Assembly: GCA_963828195.1 (NCBI GenBank)
Contig: CAWHDT010000007.1
Coordinates: 1 to 64,000 of the forward strand
Reading direction: 5' to 3'
From: Candidatus Bathyarchaeota archaeon
GTDB taxonomy: Archaea > Thermoproteota > Bathyarchaeia > Bathyarchaeales > Bathycorpusculaceae
DNA length: 64,000 nucleotides
Shown: in pieces, positions 18,076-28,934 of the stretch
Layout of the letters: each line of letters opens with the position of its first letter
Position numbering within the stretch: position 1 is the stretch's first letter
Notes under the pieces: generated by a model
What the model was told of the DNA's origin: nothing
The model's database searches: none
The model's input: only the letters and a program-made list of their open reading frames with translations
Program-made: the position numbers and the translations under genes

Positions 18076-18336
18076 ATGGAAGGTGACAACAAAGTGGTAA
18101 ATTTAATTGAGGACTGGGATGTCCTCGCGGAATATGCTGGGGAGAAACTTGGGTTTTATCAACTCCTTGGCAATGATGGAACCATCGAAATTAGAGTCCA
18201 AACAGGTCGGATCGGATATAGGAAGGAGTTCAAGACAGGCGACGATCCTGAGCTTTTGAGTATTCTTGATTTCTGCAAAAAACATCGCTACATCCAGATA
18301 AGCGAGCACCTTCGAGACGAAGAGTTCTTCAGATGA
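18076..18336 (+). CDS. Hypothetical protein
   Basis: 86-aa ATG ORF coupled to the next gene. Confidence 0.7.
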   Translation: MEGDNKVVNLIEDWDVLAEYAGEKLGFYQLLGNDGTIEIRVQTGRIGYRKEFKTGDDPELLSILDFCKKHRYIQISEHLRDEEFFR

Positions 18337-18701
18337 AACTGAGGGCAACAGCGATGTCTGAGGCAAACACCGATTTTCCAATGGGGTCTGCAATTAGCAG
18401 AGTAAAACTCAACCTTTACCGCTGCGTTGTCTGCGGCGAGTTAAGGGCAGGAGCTACAGGCTACGTTTTTTACCAAAGTGGAAGAACAAGACTGGGCGCT
18501 CCCTTCTGTAAAGCACATCTTGACGAAAGCCATCAATATGCTAAACCCGTTTTCGAAAATCAGCCAGCGCTAGAACTTTTCAAGCAAATGTTCCCGCAAA
18601 CTTACCGTGAAGACGTAGAAGGCAAACCCATTCTTTTCTTTAACACTTACAGGCTCAAAAAAGCTAACGAATACCTAAGAAAACTTGGAAAACTACGTTG
18701 A
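18333..18701 (+). CDS. Zn-finger hypothetical protein
   Basis: CVVCG...FCKAH. Confidence 0.65.
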   Translation: MKLRATAMSEANTDFPMGSAISRVKLNLYRCVVCGELRAGATGYVFYQSGRTRLGAPFCKAHLDESHQYAKPVFENQPALELFKQMFPQTYREDVEGKPILFFNTYRLKKANEYLRKLGKLR

Positions 18702-19164
18702 GAGGTGGGAGGGAATGGCTGAGCTTACAGATGCATCTACCCCAGATTGCATATTTGGCACCAAAGCCGGTTCGAACAACTGTAAGTCGGATGCTACCAT
18801 GTCCGCCGGCGCCAGCCCCCTAAACCCACTTCTCTACGTGCGTTACAAGGACCATGTCATTTACAAAAACATTCTTCAACCCAACCCTGAGGCTATTGAG
18901 CGGGAAACGGTTGGTTGGCTAACCCATCAGAACCAAGACATAATCCTCATCGAGCATGACAGAACCATTCAGTGCCAGGACGTTTCGAGCGGTAAAAGCA
19001 ACGGTATTATCATTTTAAAAAGCTGCATTCTGGAAATTCGACCATTACAAAAAAATTCAAAATGGAAATTAAATTGCCGACAGCCTATTGTTAAAGATGA
19101 GTATGCGTTCCGGACATCGGAGCGAAAAACTCACAGAGCAAAAAGCTCCAAAGGAGAGAACTAG
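18685..19164 (+). CDS. Hypothetical protein upstream of the integrase
   Basis: VRYKDH...ETVGWL...IILKSCI beta-barrel-like core. Confidence 0.6.
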   Translation: MENYVERWEGMAELTDASTPDCIFGTKAGSNNCKSDATMSAGASPLNPLLYVRYKDHVIYKNILQPNPEAIERETVGWLTHQNQDIILIEHDRTIQCQDVSSGKSNGIIILKSCILEIRPLQKNSKWKLNCRQPIVKDEYAFRTSERKTHRAKSSKGEN

Positions 19165-20599
19165 ATTGCTACAGCGCACAGCACCTTTAGCCTCCGCTAT
19201 AACCCGCAACCGCAACCTTACCGTTGAAGAACTAAAAAGCCTCAACCTACCGTTGATAATCCAAGGCGAAACCGTCACCATCGAAAGAAGTATAGACGGT
19301 TGGAAGCTCAGAAAACCGATCACAATACAACTTAGCAAAATCGTAGCTGCCCAAGAAAAAGGACTCGTTGACTACATCATACGCTCATGCCTAAAGGACC
19401 GCTCAAGCATAATCCCATACATCTTTGAATACCAAAGCATGCTAAAGATGGCACGACACTTTCTACGTCACTGTTCAGGCTCGCATGCCAGCTGCCTAAT
19501 GTATACAACCAAAACCAGAAAATACGCAGAATGGCTAGGCCATAATCCCGATGTAATAATCCAAGACGTCAAACCCGTCGGCGCAATCCCCGACCCCATA
19601 AAAGTACAGAGCCACTGTGAATTTCTAAGCGACTACTTAGCCTACCTCCAAGACTCAGACCTTAGCTCAGGTGCAGTCAGCAACTATGTAAAATCAGTAA
19701 AAACCTTCTACCATGCCAACGGAATCAAAAAAGTTGAACTCGACGAACCGCTTAGCCGAAAGGTAACATACAAAGACCGAGCGCCAAAACCAGAAGAAAT
19801 CGCATTGATGCTAGACAAAGCCGCCGTACGAGAAGCTTTCATCGTTGCAGCTATCGCATCAGGCGCCTTTCGCGAAGGAACCTTTACAAAACTCAAGTAC
19901 CGACACGTCAAAGAGGACTATGAAGCAGGCCGCGTACCTATCCACATTCATGTTGAAGCCGCCATAACTAAGGGAAAATACCACGATTACGATACCTTCA
20001 TCAATGCAGAAGCCAGCCAGCTCCTAAAACTCTACATCGAAGACAGACAACGAGGCGGAAGATCAATGCCCCCAGAACAGTTAACAGACGAATCCCCGCT
20101 CATCAGAAATAGCCAAGTCACAAACAGAGCATTAGGCGTCAGCGAGAAAACTATCGGAAAAATCGTCCACGACCTAGCAGTTGGCACTAAAGTCTCAAAG
20201 AAACTACCTAACAGTTGGATGTACAGCGTCAGAACACATAGTCTAAGAAAATTCTTCCGAAGCCAGCTCAGCGCAGCAAAAATCGACTCGGAAATCATTG
20301 AATACATGATGGGACATACAGTCAGCACCTATGAAGACGTACAGAGCTTAGGAATAGAAACCCTCAGAAACCTCTACGCAACAGCCGGGCTTGCGATCAG
20401 ACCAAAAACCCAAACAAACCGCATTGATCAACTCAAAGAAATCATACGAGCGTGGGGAGGAAACCCCGAAGAAATCCTATCTAAAGACGCCCTGCTTAGA
20501 GGCAACATCACAGAAGCACAGGACCAAACGCAGAACCATCAGCTCTCGATTCTTGCCGAAAATCTCAAGCAGATTATCCGTAAGGAGGCTACGGAATGA
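19088..20599 (+). CDS. Tyrosine recombinase/integrase; exact start uncertain
   Basis: SGAFREG (R), TKGK (K), HSLRK (HxxR), MMGH, STY catalytic residues; SAM-like N-terminal part. Confidence 0.93.
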   Translation: MLKMSMRSGHRSEKLTEQKAPKERTRLLQRTAPLASAITRNRNLTVEELKSLNLPLIIQGETVTIERSIDGWKLRKPITIQLSKIVAAQEKGLVDYIIRSCLKDRSSIIPYIFEYQSMLKMARHFLRHCSGSHASCLMYTTKTRKYAEWLGHNPDVIIQDVKPVGAIPDPIKVQSHCEFLSDYLAYLQDSDLSSGAVSNYVKSVKTFYHANGIKKVELDEPLSRKVTYKDRAPKPEEIALMLDKAAVREAFIVAAIASGAFREGTFTKLKYRHVKEDYEAGRVPIHIHVEAAITKGKYHDYDTFINAEASQLLKLYIEDRQRGGRSMPPEQLTDESPLIRNSQVTNRALGVSEKTIGKIVHDLAVGTKVSKKLPNSWMYSVRTHSLRKFFRSQLSAAKIDSEIIEYMMGHTVSTYEDVQSLGIETLRNLYATAGLAIRPKTQTNRIDQLKEIIRAWGGNPEEILSKDALLRGNITEAQDQTQNHQLSILAENLKQIIRKEATE

Positions 20600-20877
20600 C
20601 CCAACAATCTAGTACCTTTTCGCACATATGCCAGAAAGTACCGTCGGACCCGCCTCTCCAGAGGCGCATTCATCCCGCTTTTAAACTGCAAGGCTCGAGC
20701 GCAAAATTCATTGTGCCCTTTTTCAGATCTCTGTTGTTGTACTATAACAAGGGTTAAGATAATTTACCATGGTTTTCAAGAGGTTACATAGTTGCGGAGT
20801 CACCCAGTAAATAGAGCCATATCGACCGCTGGAATTTCAAATGGTTTTTATGTAAAGACTGCAATAGTTAGGTGTAG

Positions 20878-21168
20878 GTGTTTTGTATGGTTGAAGATTT
20901 TGAACAAGACGATTTCGATATGCTTGACCCGTCAGCAAAACAGGTGCTTATAGCGCTATCTCAATTTGAGAAAGGTTTGTTGGTGAAAGTGGACCTCATA
21001 CATAGAAAGACAGGTTTGATGCCTGAAGGCCTTAACGACGCAGTGAGGCACCTGTCAAAAGCCAAGCTCATCGACATACTTGAAACGCCCAAAAGAATGG
21101 GGCCCTACGAGTTCTACGCCGTCGAAATATCTGATTTCGGACGGGAAGTGCTCGCAAAATTCGGGTAA
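20878..21168 (+). CDS. Winged-helix protein
   Basis: IHRKTGL...LNDAVRHLSKAKLI...EISDFGREVL. Confidence 0.7.
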   Translation: MFCMVEDFEQDDFDMLDPSAKQVLIALSQFEKGLLVKVDLIHRKTGLMPEGLNDAVRHLSKAKLIDILETPKRMGPYEFYAVEISDFGREVLAKFG

Positions 21169-21287
21169 GCTACTTCAGCTTCAAGTTATTCACTATTTTT
21201 TTAAATAATTACTCTTATTTTTCCATCTTTGCCTTCTGAGGCAAGAGATTCAAAAAAAAACAGCTGTTTGCGTGTTTAGATTGATTT

Positions 21288-24200
21288 TCAAGTTTCATCG
21301 TCTACCATGGGGTCCCAATCGTCGGGCTCCACGACTTCTTCTTCGTTGTCGTCGGTTTTGTCGTCGTTTCCTTCAAATTTCGGCATCTTTCCACGTGCAA
21401 ACATAACTATAACAACTGCAACGACAATCACAGCAGCCACGGCTCCAAAAATTGCGTCCTGTGAAACATTTTGAGACGCTGTTTGACCCCCTACTGTTAG
21501 GGGATTTTGAGAGGGCGATGGCGTTGTTGCTGTTGCCGTTGTTGGTGTAGGTGATGATCCGGTTGTTTGTGGAGTGGCGGTTGGTGAAGGTGCGGGGCTT
21601 GAAGTGGGGGTTGGTGATGGAGATGGCGTGGGTGTCGCTGTGGGAGCTGGAGTAGAAGTAGGAGTTGTATCTGAGGCTGGCGAAAATCCCACGTAGATGT
21701 TGTATGAAGACTGAATGTTGGTGAAAGTGTACGAGTTGACGGCGCCAACTGAAACGCCATTCACTGCAACTTCAGCCACACTGTAGCCAGGGTCCGGTGT
21801 GAGAATGAAAGTTTGGCTGCCGCCGTAGCTAACGGAAAAAGTTCCATCGGGACTGATTGCTCCGTTGCCGCTTGAAGAAGCACTGATAGTCGGATCAACC
21901 GTAAATGAGTTGCTAACTCCAGTGTGAGAGCCATCAATCGCTGTTATGGTAACGCCTAAGCCAGGAGTCGCCACCGCAATTGAAGTTATTTCGACACCGT
22001 TAACGAAAGGACTCATAACACTTGGACTAACTGACCCTGCAGAAGACAAAGTTGGGGCGCCACTGTAGTTTGTAACCGTGTTCCCATATTGGTCTTCTGC
22101 TGTAACGGTTATGGTGAAGCTCCAGGAAGAAATCTGGGGACTGGGTATAGGGTTGAAAGCGAATTGTGTGAGAGCTCCAGGATTAACCGTGAAGTTCCCA
22201 CTTGCTCCTGTTATGCCTGAATCAGATGTGGAAATTGTAATTCCTGAACCGGCTCCCGTCACTGTCACGGAACCCGTCCAGACGCCGTTTTTGAAGGCGC
22301 CGCTGCTGGTTGGAGTAATGGTTCCCGTGGAAACGGTCAACGTGTTGGTTCCAGTGTAGTTTGTAATGGTGTCGCCGTATGCGTCTTTAGCCGTAATTGT
22401 TATGCTAAATGACGTACCCGCTGTCTGAGTGCTTATGGAGCTGAAAACGAATTGATTCAGCAGAGAAGCGTTGACTGTAACTGAGACAGCGGAGGAATTC
22501 ACAGAGACGCCTGTGTTGTCTTTCACTTGAAGAATGAAGCTCCATGAACCTGTTGCTGTGACGTTTGAGGTGGCAAAGCTGAAGGTGGCTGAGTTTGAAC
22601 CTGCCGTGACGTAGCTTCCGCCTGGAGCCCGTTCAAACCATTGATAGGTGTAGGGAGATGTTCCTGTTGTCACTGTTGACGAGGTTAAACTGCATGTCTG
22701 GCCCTGATTAACTGTGCTGGGAGACGGTGTTACGGTCGGCGGGGCCAATGTAGGGTTCACGGTGACCGAGACTGTGTTCGAGGCTGGAGATGTGACGGGG
22801 GTAGATGCACTATCGGTTACTTTGCATGTTACAGAATGCGTGCCTGCTGAAGCAGTGTAAGAGTAGCTTGCACTATTGGAGCCGACAGCACCGCCGTCGA
22901 TGTACCATTGATAGGAAAGGGTGCCTGAACCGCCGCTGGCAGTTGCAGCAAACGTTTGAGATTGGCCAGCATCCATTGTGATTGGACCAGCAGGAGCAAT
23001 ACTTACTGTCGGCGAAGCAGCTACGGTAACTGAAGCCGCGGCTGACTGCGGTGAAGTCGAGTTTAAGCTGTCAGTAACAGTCACAGTGATTGAATAGGTT
23101 CCCGCGGATGAAGGGACATAAATAAATGTTGAGTTCACCTGACCGCTCTGAAGTACAGAATTAACATACCATTGATAACTCTTGTAAGATCCTGATCCGC
23201 CGGCAGGGGAGGCAGTGAAAGTTTTGTTCTGTCCAAGATCCATTGTCCAGGAAGTAGGCGACACAGTAGCTGTCGGAGCAGTATTCACCGAAGCCGTGGC
23301 GGGGGCACTCAGAGCTGAGGTTTCATTTAAGCTGTCGGCAACTGTTACAGTGATTTGGTAGGTACCTGAAGCAGTGGGAGAATAACTAAACGTGGCAGCA
23401 GTCTGTCCGCTTTGACCGGTTCCGTTCACATACCACTGATATGATGAGTAGCTGCCTGAGCCGCCTGTGGCATTTGCTGAAAACGTTTGAGATTGACCAA
23501 CATTTAAAGTCACAGAAGCCGGCGACACGCTTACGGCTGGATCAGCAAAAACCGTTACCGAAACTGCTGTGGAATTAACGGCAACTTGGGAACCTGCGTT
23601 ATCTGTGACTTGAAGCTCAAAACTCCATGATCCCGCGGTTGTGGAGGTTAAGGTAACATAAGTGTAGTTAGCTGAAGTTGCACCTGTAATCGCTGAGTAA
23701 GAAATGGAGTTAGGAGCCTTCTGAAGCCATTCATAGACGTAGGGGCTTGTACCGCTGGTTACTGCGGTAGAGTTTAAAGCAAAAGTTTGACCCTGATCAA
23801 CAGAAACTTGGGAAGCAGAAACAGCCGGAGCAACCAGCGCAGAGTTTACAGTGATGTTTGCTGGGCCGGATTGAGGTGAAATGGCTCCTAAACTGTCAGT
23901 AACAGTCACGGTTATCAAGCGGGTTCCCGCAGAAGTTGAGGAATAATTAAATGTGGAGTCCACTTGGCCGCTCTGCAGCACAGAGTCCACGTACCACTGG
24001 TAACTCGCGTAAGATCCGGAGCCGCCAGAGGGAATAGCGGTGAAAGTCTTGTTCTGCCCAACATCCATCGCCCAAAAAGCAGGCGACACAACAGCTGCCG
24101 GAGCGGCATCCACAGTAATCGTTGCCGCGGTTGAGTTGACTGCTGCTTCCGTAGCATCGGTCACTTGGACCTGAAAAGTCCAGTCTCCAGTAGTTGAAGC

Positions 24201-24755
24201 GGTAAAGGTATAGCTCGGCAAAGTTGCGCCTGTAATCTGAGCGTAAGAGCCAGAGGCAACCTTAGAGTACCATTGATACGTGTATGGAGAAGTTCCCGTT
24301 GATACGGCGGTGATGCTTAAAGCGCTGTTTTGACCCGTGGCAATTGTGGTGGGTGAAGCGGACGAAGTTGGAGCGACCAGCGCAGGATTAACCGTTACCG
24401 AGATGGCAGTGGAATTCAATTGATCAGATGGATCGCCTAAGTCGGTTACTAAAACCTCAAACTGGTACACGCCCGCCGCCGTAGCCAAAAAACCGTAAGT
24501 TTGGCCAGTTGCGTCGGAAACGTCTGAGAAAACATTTGATCCCGGAGCCTCAATCATCCACTGGAAAGAGAAACCGTCGCTGGTGCCGCCGGAAACAGTA
24601 ACTGACAAACCAGAGGTTTCACCGATATCGATGGGTGAAGCAGAAGCAACCGCTGGACCCACGCTCAAATCGTCGGCTTTAACTTGTATATTTGTAAACG
24701 CGCATATTGATAACGAAAATAGTAAAACGAGTATGAGAACCTGTAGTTTTTTCAT
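21288..24755 (-). CDS. Large surface protein with tandem Ig/PKD-like repeats, PT linker and C-terminal TM anchor
   Basis: Signal peptide; repeated GG(S/T)..Y.YQWY...GTY..TVTVTD units; TM followed by an acidic tail. Confidence 0.9.
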   Translation of the reverse strand: MKKLQVLILVLLFSLSICAFTNIQVKADDLSVGPAVASASPIDIGETSGLSVTVSGGTSDGFSFQWMIEAPGSNVFSDVSDATGQTYGFLATAAGVYQFEVLVTDLGDPSDQLNSTAISVTVNPALVAPTSSASPTTIATGQNSALSITAVSTGTSPYTYQWYSKVASGSYAQITGATLPSYTFTASTTGDWTFQVQVTDATEAAVNSTAATITVDAAPAAVVSPAFWAMDVGQNKTFTAIPSGGSGSYASYQWYVDSVLQSGQVDSTFNYSSTSAGTRLITVTVTDSLGAISPQSGPANITVNSALVAPAVSASQVSVDQGQTFALNSTAVTSGTSPYVYEWLQKAPNSISYSAITGATSANYTYVTLTSTTAGSWSFELQVTDNAGSQVAVNSTAVSVTVFADPAVSVSPASVTLNVGQSQTFSANATGGSGSYSSYQWYVNGTGQSGQTAATFSYSPTASGTYQITVTVADSLNETSALSAPATASVNTAPTATVSPTSWTMDLGQNKTFTASPAGGSGSYKSYQWYVNSVLQSGQVNSTFIYVPSSAGTYSITVTVTDSLNSTSPQSAAASVTVAASPTVSIAPAGPITMDAGQSQTFAATASGGSGTLSYQWYIDGGAVGSNSASYSYTASAGTHSVTCKVTDSASTPVTSPASNTVSVTVNPTLAPPTVTPSPSTVNQGQTCSLTSSTVTTGTSPYTYQWFERAPGGSYVTAGSNSATFSFATSNVTATGSWSFILQVKDNTGVSVNSSAVSVTVNASLLNQFVFSSISTQTAGTSFSITITAKDAYGDTITNYTGTNTLTVSTGTITPTSSGAFKNGVWTGSVTVTGAGSGITISTSDSGITGASGNFTVNPGALTQFAFNPIPSPQISSWSFTITVTAEDQYGNTVTNYSGAPTLSSAGSVSPSVMSPFVNGVEITSIAVATPGLGVTITAIDGSHTGVSNSFTVDPTISASSSGNGAISPDGTFSVSYGGSQTFILTPDPGYSVAEVAVNGVSVGAVNSYTFTNIQSSYNIYVGFSPASDTTPTSTPAPTATPTPSPSPTPTSSPAPSPTATPQTTGSSPTPTTATATTPSPSQNPLTVGGQTASQNVSQDAIFGAVAAVIVVAVVIVMFARGKMPKFEGNDDKTDDNEEEVVEPDDWDPMVDDET

Positions 24756-25129
24756 ATTATTTCATCCACATTTGACTTGACTAAAATCGGCGCCTAACTC
24801 TTCAGATTGGAAAGTTTAGCTTTCTCGATGTACATGAATCCCAGAACTTGAATAGTTCCAGAAAACGCAATCGTTTTGCTCTTTTGAAAACCAGAAGGCT
24901 TCCTCTACGGTGCTTTCGCAATTCTTTTGTACATGCTGAAAAAGCGTCATCATACATTATGTAAAATGACTGTTAAAAGTTTTGCTATCGCTGCCCCTGC
25001 ATGCTTCCAAGCGAGCGGGTGAGCAAAAATGTTTCTTCATTGTCGTGCTCGCGGATTCAGAGGGATAGATTTTAAGAGGTAGCGCATAAATAATGTACCT
25101 TGAAATCCTTACTGTAAACGGTGGCTTGA

Positions 25130-26494
25130 ATGACTTGTGCTGAAGAATTGGCGAAGTTCGTGGTTTCATCTTCCTTTGAGGATTTGTCGGAGCAAGCTGT
25201 GAACCAGTTGAAAATCAGGGTTCTTGATGCGTTGGGCTGTGCAATCGGCGCCTTTTCGGGTCAACCAGTGCAGGCTGTGCGCAGGCTTGAGAGCGAGTTC
25301 GGCGGTTTACCCGTCTGCACTTTGATAGGAGGCGGAAAAAGCCCGCCGGACAGAGCAGCATTCTATAATGGCGCTTTAGTCAGGTATTTGGATTTTAACG
25401 ACAGCTTCCTCGCTAAGGGCGAAACATGTCACCCAAGCGACAACATTGCTTCCGCGCTTGCCGCGTCAGAATATGCTGATGCGTCAGGGAAGGAATTTTT
25501 GGTTTCGTTGGCGTTAGCGTATCAGGTTCAATGCAGACTAAGCGAGGTTGCGCCTGTAAGAGACAAGGGTTTTGACCATGTTACCCAAGGAGCATACGCG
25601 GTGGCGGCAGGCGTATCTAAGGCTCTCAGACTGAACGAAGCGCAAACTGCAAACGCTATAGCTATCAGCGGAACCGCACTTAACGCTTTACGTGTAACAC
25701 GCACCGGTGAACTCTCCAATTGGAAGGGGCTGGCGTACCCATTCATGTCTTTTTGCGCTTTGCAAGCTGTTTTTTTAGCGCGAGAGGGGATAACCGGTCC
25801 GCTTGAAGTTTTTGAGGGCAACAAGGGCTTCATGGATTCTGTAGCTGGGCACTTCAAGATTGACTGGAGCAAGGAAAATCTGGAGATAGTGAACCGAACC
25901 ATACTGAAAAAATACAATGCTGAGATACATTCTCAGTCGGCTATAGAATGCGTTTTGGCTATGAGGAATGTGGATGGCGTGAAAGCTGAAGATGTTGACT
26001 CGGTTAACGTGTCTATTTTTGATGTTGCTTACAGGATAATCGGGGGCGGAGAAGAGGGAGAAAAAAGGTTGGTTCGGACAAAGGAGGAGGCAGATCATAG
26101 TCTTCCATACATTTTGTCAGCCGCATTAATAGACGGCGAGGTTGGTCCCGAACAATACATGCCCCAGAGAATAACTCGAAGTGACGTGCAGACTCTTCTG
26201 AAGAAGATTCAAGTTTATCCTTCAAACGAATTCAGCAACAGATTTCCCGACGCTATGCCCTGCGTGATAACGGTTCATCTGAGAAGCGGAAGAACTGTTA
26301 CCCGAAAAGTTGATGATTATGAGGGCTTTTTAACTCGACCCATGAGCCTATCGCAGGCAACTGAAAAGTTTAGTGCACTCACTTCCCGGTTTATAGATCA
26401 AGATAGAAAAAACCTAATCGTGGATGCGGTTACTCAACTTGAAAACATAAAAATACGTCAAATGATGGAGCAGCTAAATTTCAATCCCAGCTGA
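25130..26494 (+). CDS. prpD: MmgE/PrpD family (2-methylcitrate dehydratase-like)
   Basis: RYLDFND, CHPSDN, WKG, ADHSLPY motifs. Confidence 0.9.
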   Translation: MTCAEELAKFVVSSSFEDLSEQAVNQLKIRVLDALGCAIGAFSGQPVQAVRRLESEFGGLPVCTLIGGGKSPPDRAAFYNGALVRYLDFNDSFLAKGETCHPSDNIASALAASEYADASGKEFLVSLALAYQVQCRLSEVAPVRDKGFDHVTQGAYAVAAGVSKALRLNEAQTANAIAISGTALNALRVTRTGELSNWKGLAYPFMSFCALQAVFLAREGITGPLEVFEGNKGFMDSVAGHFKIDWSKENLEIVNRTILKKYNAEIHSQSAIECVLAMRNVDGVKAEDVDSVNVSIFDVAYRIIGGGEEGEKRLVRTKEEADHSLPYILSAALIDGEVGPEQYMPQRITRSDVQTLLKKIQVYPSNEFSNRFPDAMPCVITVHLRSGRTVTRKVDDYEGFLTRPMSLSQATEKFSALTSRFIDQDRKNLIVDAVTQLENIKIRQMMEQLNFNPS

Positions 26495-26515
26495 CGCGCA
26501 CTAACGAGCATGATT

Positions 26516-27352
26516 TTATGGATAGTGCAGCTGCTTGCCCTTCCAGATTTCTGGGTCTCCCCACAACTTTGTTTTCCACGCTGTGAACTCGACAATCTGC
26601 GAGTGATCAATGAATAGATTTACGTTTCTTCCGAAGTTTTTGAGATACCACTTAAACACTGGAGGATCGGACGCTTCAAACATGAGGTTTTTGAATCCGA
26701 ATCGGTCAACAAGTTTCTTTATGGCATCGGTTTTCCACTCTTCTGGAGGCAAATCCTCAGTTAAGCCTTCTGACTCGATCATTATCATTTTTGCGCCAGC
26801 TTTCAAATGAGAATCAACCTCTTCAGAAAACTCGTCGAAGCTCTTCATTTTCATAGCCTCTTCGTATCCGGCAATGTGAGTTCCAGCGCCTGCGCCAATC
26901 ATCATTGAAACCTCCGGTTTCGGTTTCATACCCAACTTTTTAACTTGGCGAACAATCCTGATTTGGTCTTCCACAGGGATAGACGCTAAACCGCTTGAGA
27001 CCTCGACAACATCGAATCCGAGCATCTTACATTCTTCCAAGTACTTATCGACGGCTTCACCTCCCTCAACAATTACCCTCTCCACAAACCCGCCAGTAGA
27101 CACGTAAAGCTCGTGTTCGTGGCAGAGCTGGATTATCTTCTTCACTCTTTCTTTTGGAAGCAGCCTCATGGAGCCGCCTGCAAACTTGTACCCGTCCACG
27201 TAGAAAGCCCAGTCTTTAAGCAAATCCTTCAAATATCCATAGCTCACCGCTGAATAGTAAGGTCCTCTGAACTCGATAACGCCGACCTGTCTGGGTTTTG
27301 GCGGCGGCATGTCTATTTTCACAAATTCAAAAGCTAAATTATCAGAAGACAT
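26516..27352 (-). CDS. comA: Phosphosulfolactate synthase (ComA) family protein
   Basis: KPR..G..E.RGPYY, YVDGYKFAGGS, MIESEG, FEAS, VNLFIDHSQ. Confidence 0.85.
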   Translation of the reverse strand: MSSDNLAFEFVKIDMPPPKPRQVGVIEFRGPYYSAVSYGYLKDLLKDWAFYVDGYKFAGGSMRLLPKERVKKIIQLCHEHELYVSTGGFVERVIVEGGEAVDKYLEECKMLGFDVVEVSSGLASIPVEDQIRIVRQVKKLGMKPKPEVSMMIGAGAGTHIAGYEEAMKMKSFDEFSEEVDSHLKAGAKMIMIESEGLTEDLPPEEWKTDAIKKLVDRFGFKNLMFEASDPPVFKWYLKNFGRNVNLFIDHSQIVEFTAWKTKLWGDPEIWKGKQLHYP

Positions 27353-27656
27353 ACTAGAATCAAACCAAACTTTTTATTTATACGTTACGCAAGAGCTCAA
27401 TTACAAAATTCGTTTTTTGCAGTAAGGCTCTCGATTTTGGCCCCATATTTGTGTTGGTTTTTTGGTGTAAATACTAGACCGCCTCTTAGGGTAGGTTGGT
27501 CCGATTCAGAGCTTAATTCAGGTTGATTTCTTGGTTCAGGGCTTAAATCAAGCATTGAACACGGTGGCTCCTGAAAACATGCAATATAAAGCTCCGTAAA
27601 AGACGCAAGCGTCAAAAAAACAGGCAAGTCTTAAATCTGAAAAGCATAGAAAAACC

Positions 27657-27911
27657 TCAATTTTTAATTATTCTTTCCATTAGTAGTACGATTATACCAA
27701 TAATAGTTGAAAGAATCCCTATAGCTATCAAAAGCAATGCAATGGCAAATGGTAGGTGGGTTAACGGCTGCCATTCAGAAGAATCGGGTACATAAGTGAG
27801 TTTATTTTGAATATATTTTGTCAGCATAGGCACTGCCAAGAAGTTGAAAAGAAAACCAGCAGCCATCAGAATCAGCCCAAAAATGGTTATTATTACAGAT
27901 GGCTTAAGCAT
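27657..27911 (-). CDS. Small two-TM membrane protein
   Basis: Two hydrophobic segments; stop codon 2 bp from motif A. Confidence 0.7.
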   Translation of the reverse strand: MLKPSVIITIFGLILMAAGFLFNFLAVPMLTKYIQNKLTYVPDSSEWQPLTHLPFAIALLLIAIGILSTIIGIIVLLMERIIKN

Positions 27912-27998
27912 TTTCCTTAACCATTTGTTTTGAATTCTAACAATGCCTTTCTCATTCGGTGGAAACGATGAGAAGCTCTTATTGGCACTACCTATATT

Positions 27999-28823
27999 TT
28001 ACACCCCATCGTTTGAAACGGTTTGCTGACTTGAATTAATGGGCTTTCGTTTTCTCATATAAATTAGTAGAAAAATAATAATTGCCAACAAGAATGCAAT
28101 TACTATAAGAGCTATAGTGGTTATTAGCAAAGGAGATGCGTAAGAAGCACTGCTAACAGTCGTTAAAGTTGGAATTGAGGTTAGCGTTGGAGTTGAAGTT
28201 GAAGAGGATGGGATAGAGGTAGGGCTTAAGGGGATGCTAGCGGGTATGCTTATTGTTTGTGTACTGCTCCAAGCGCTTGTTTGACCAACAAAAACATAAT
28301 ATGAAGGATAACCATTGGTGAATGTCTGAATGATATATCCTATCATTGCTTGAACTTGGTAATCAAGTGAATAGCTGACACCATTATCCCCTATAGGAAA
28401 TGATAGATTAGTATAATCGGAACCTGTTGATTGTGTTGGAAAGTTTCCGCCATTATAAGTGCTGAAAAGGTCATCGAAACTGCCACTTAAATTCGGTTCT
28501 TTGTTTTGAACATTATAGTAGAATACATTACTATCGGTGGGCGCGAAAGGTTGGTTTTTGATAGTTAGCACTATGTAGCTGTATTTGTCATAATAGCCAA
28601 TTTTAGCTACAATCTGTCCTGAACTTTGGTTTAATGAGTAAGTTGTAGGCACAGTGTAGGAAGGACCAGCAAGCTGTATAGTGAATGTTGGAACGGAAGG
28701 CGTGGGTATTGTTGAAGGCGTAGGCGTTGGTGTCTGAGCAAATGCTGGTTTAGCCATTATTAGACTTGAGGCGGCTAAGAAAACGATAAGAAGCAACGGA
28801 AAACTCTTGCTGATACGACCCAT
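27999..28823 (-). CDS. Secreted, C-terminally anchored protein
   Basis: Signal peptide ending PAFAQT, PSVPTFT, YQVQAMIG, WSSTQT motifs, TM plus RKRK. Confidence 0.8.
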   Translation of the reverse strand: MGRISKSFPLLLIVFLAASSLIMAKPAFAQTPTPTPSTIPTPSVPTFTIQLAGPSYTVPTTYSLNQSSGQIVAKIGYYDKYSYIVLTIKNQPFAPTDSNVFYYNVQNKEPNLSGSFDDLFSTYNGGNFPTQSTGSDYTNLSFPIGDNGVSYSLDYQVQAMIGYIIQTFTNGYPSYYVFVGQTSAWSSTQTISIPASIPLSPTSIPSSSTSTPTLTSIPTLTTVSSASYASPLLITTIALIVIAFLLAIIIFLLIYMRKRKPINSSQQTVSNDGV

Positions 28824-28934
28824 ACTCAGTCTTACAGACGGTGTGATGATAAAAGGATTCTCGTAAAAGTTTCTTGACTACCCTTGGTCAAAATTTATTG
28901 ACTAACTGCTCTCTTGCTTTTTGCCATCGCTTGG

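Noticed and set aside
20630-20670. tRNA-derived att site after the integrase
   Set aside because: No TTCRA loop and no matching direct repeat inside the window
8438-21186. AAGCTACTT(A/CA)(A/G)CTTCA at about 8438 and 21167 as island-flanking direct repeats
   Set aside because: Only a 9-bp exact match plus a gapped extension, compatible with chance
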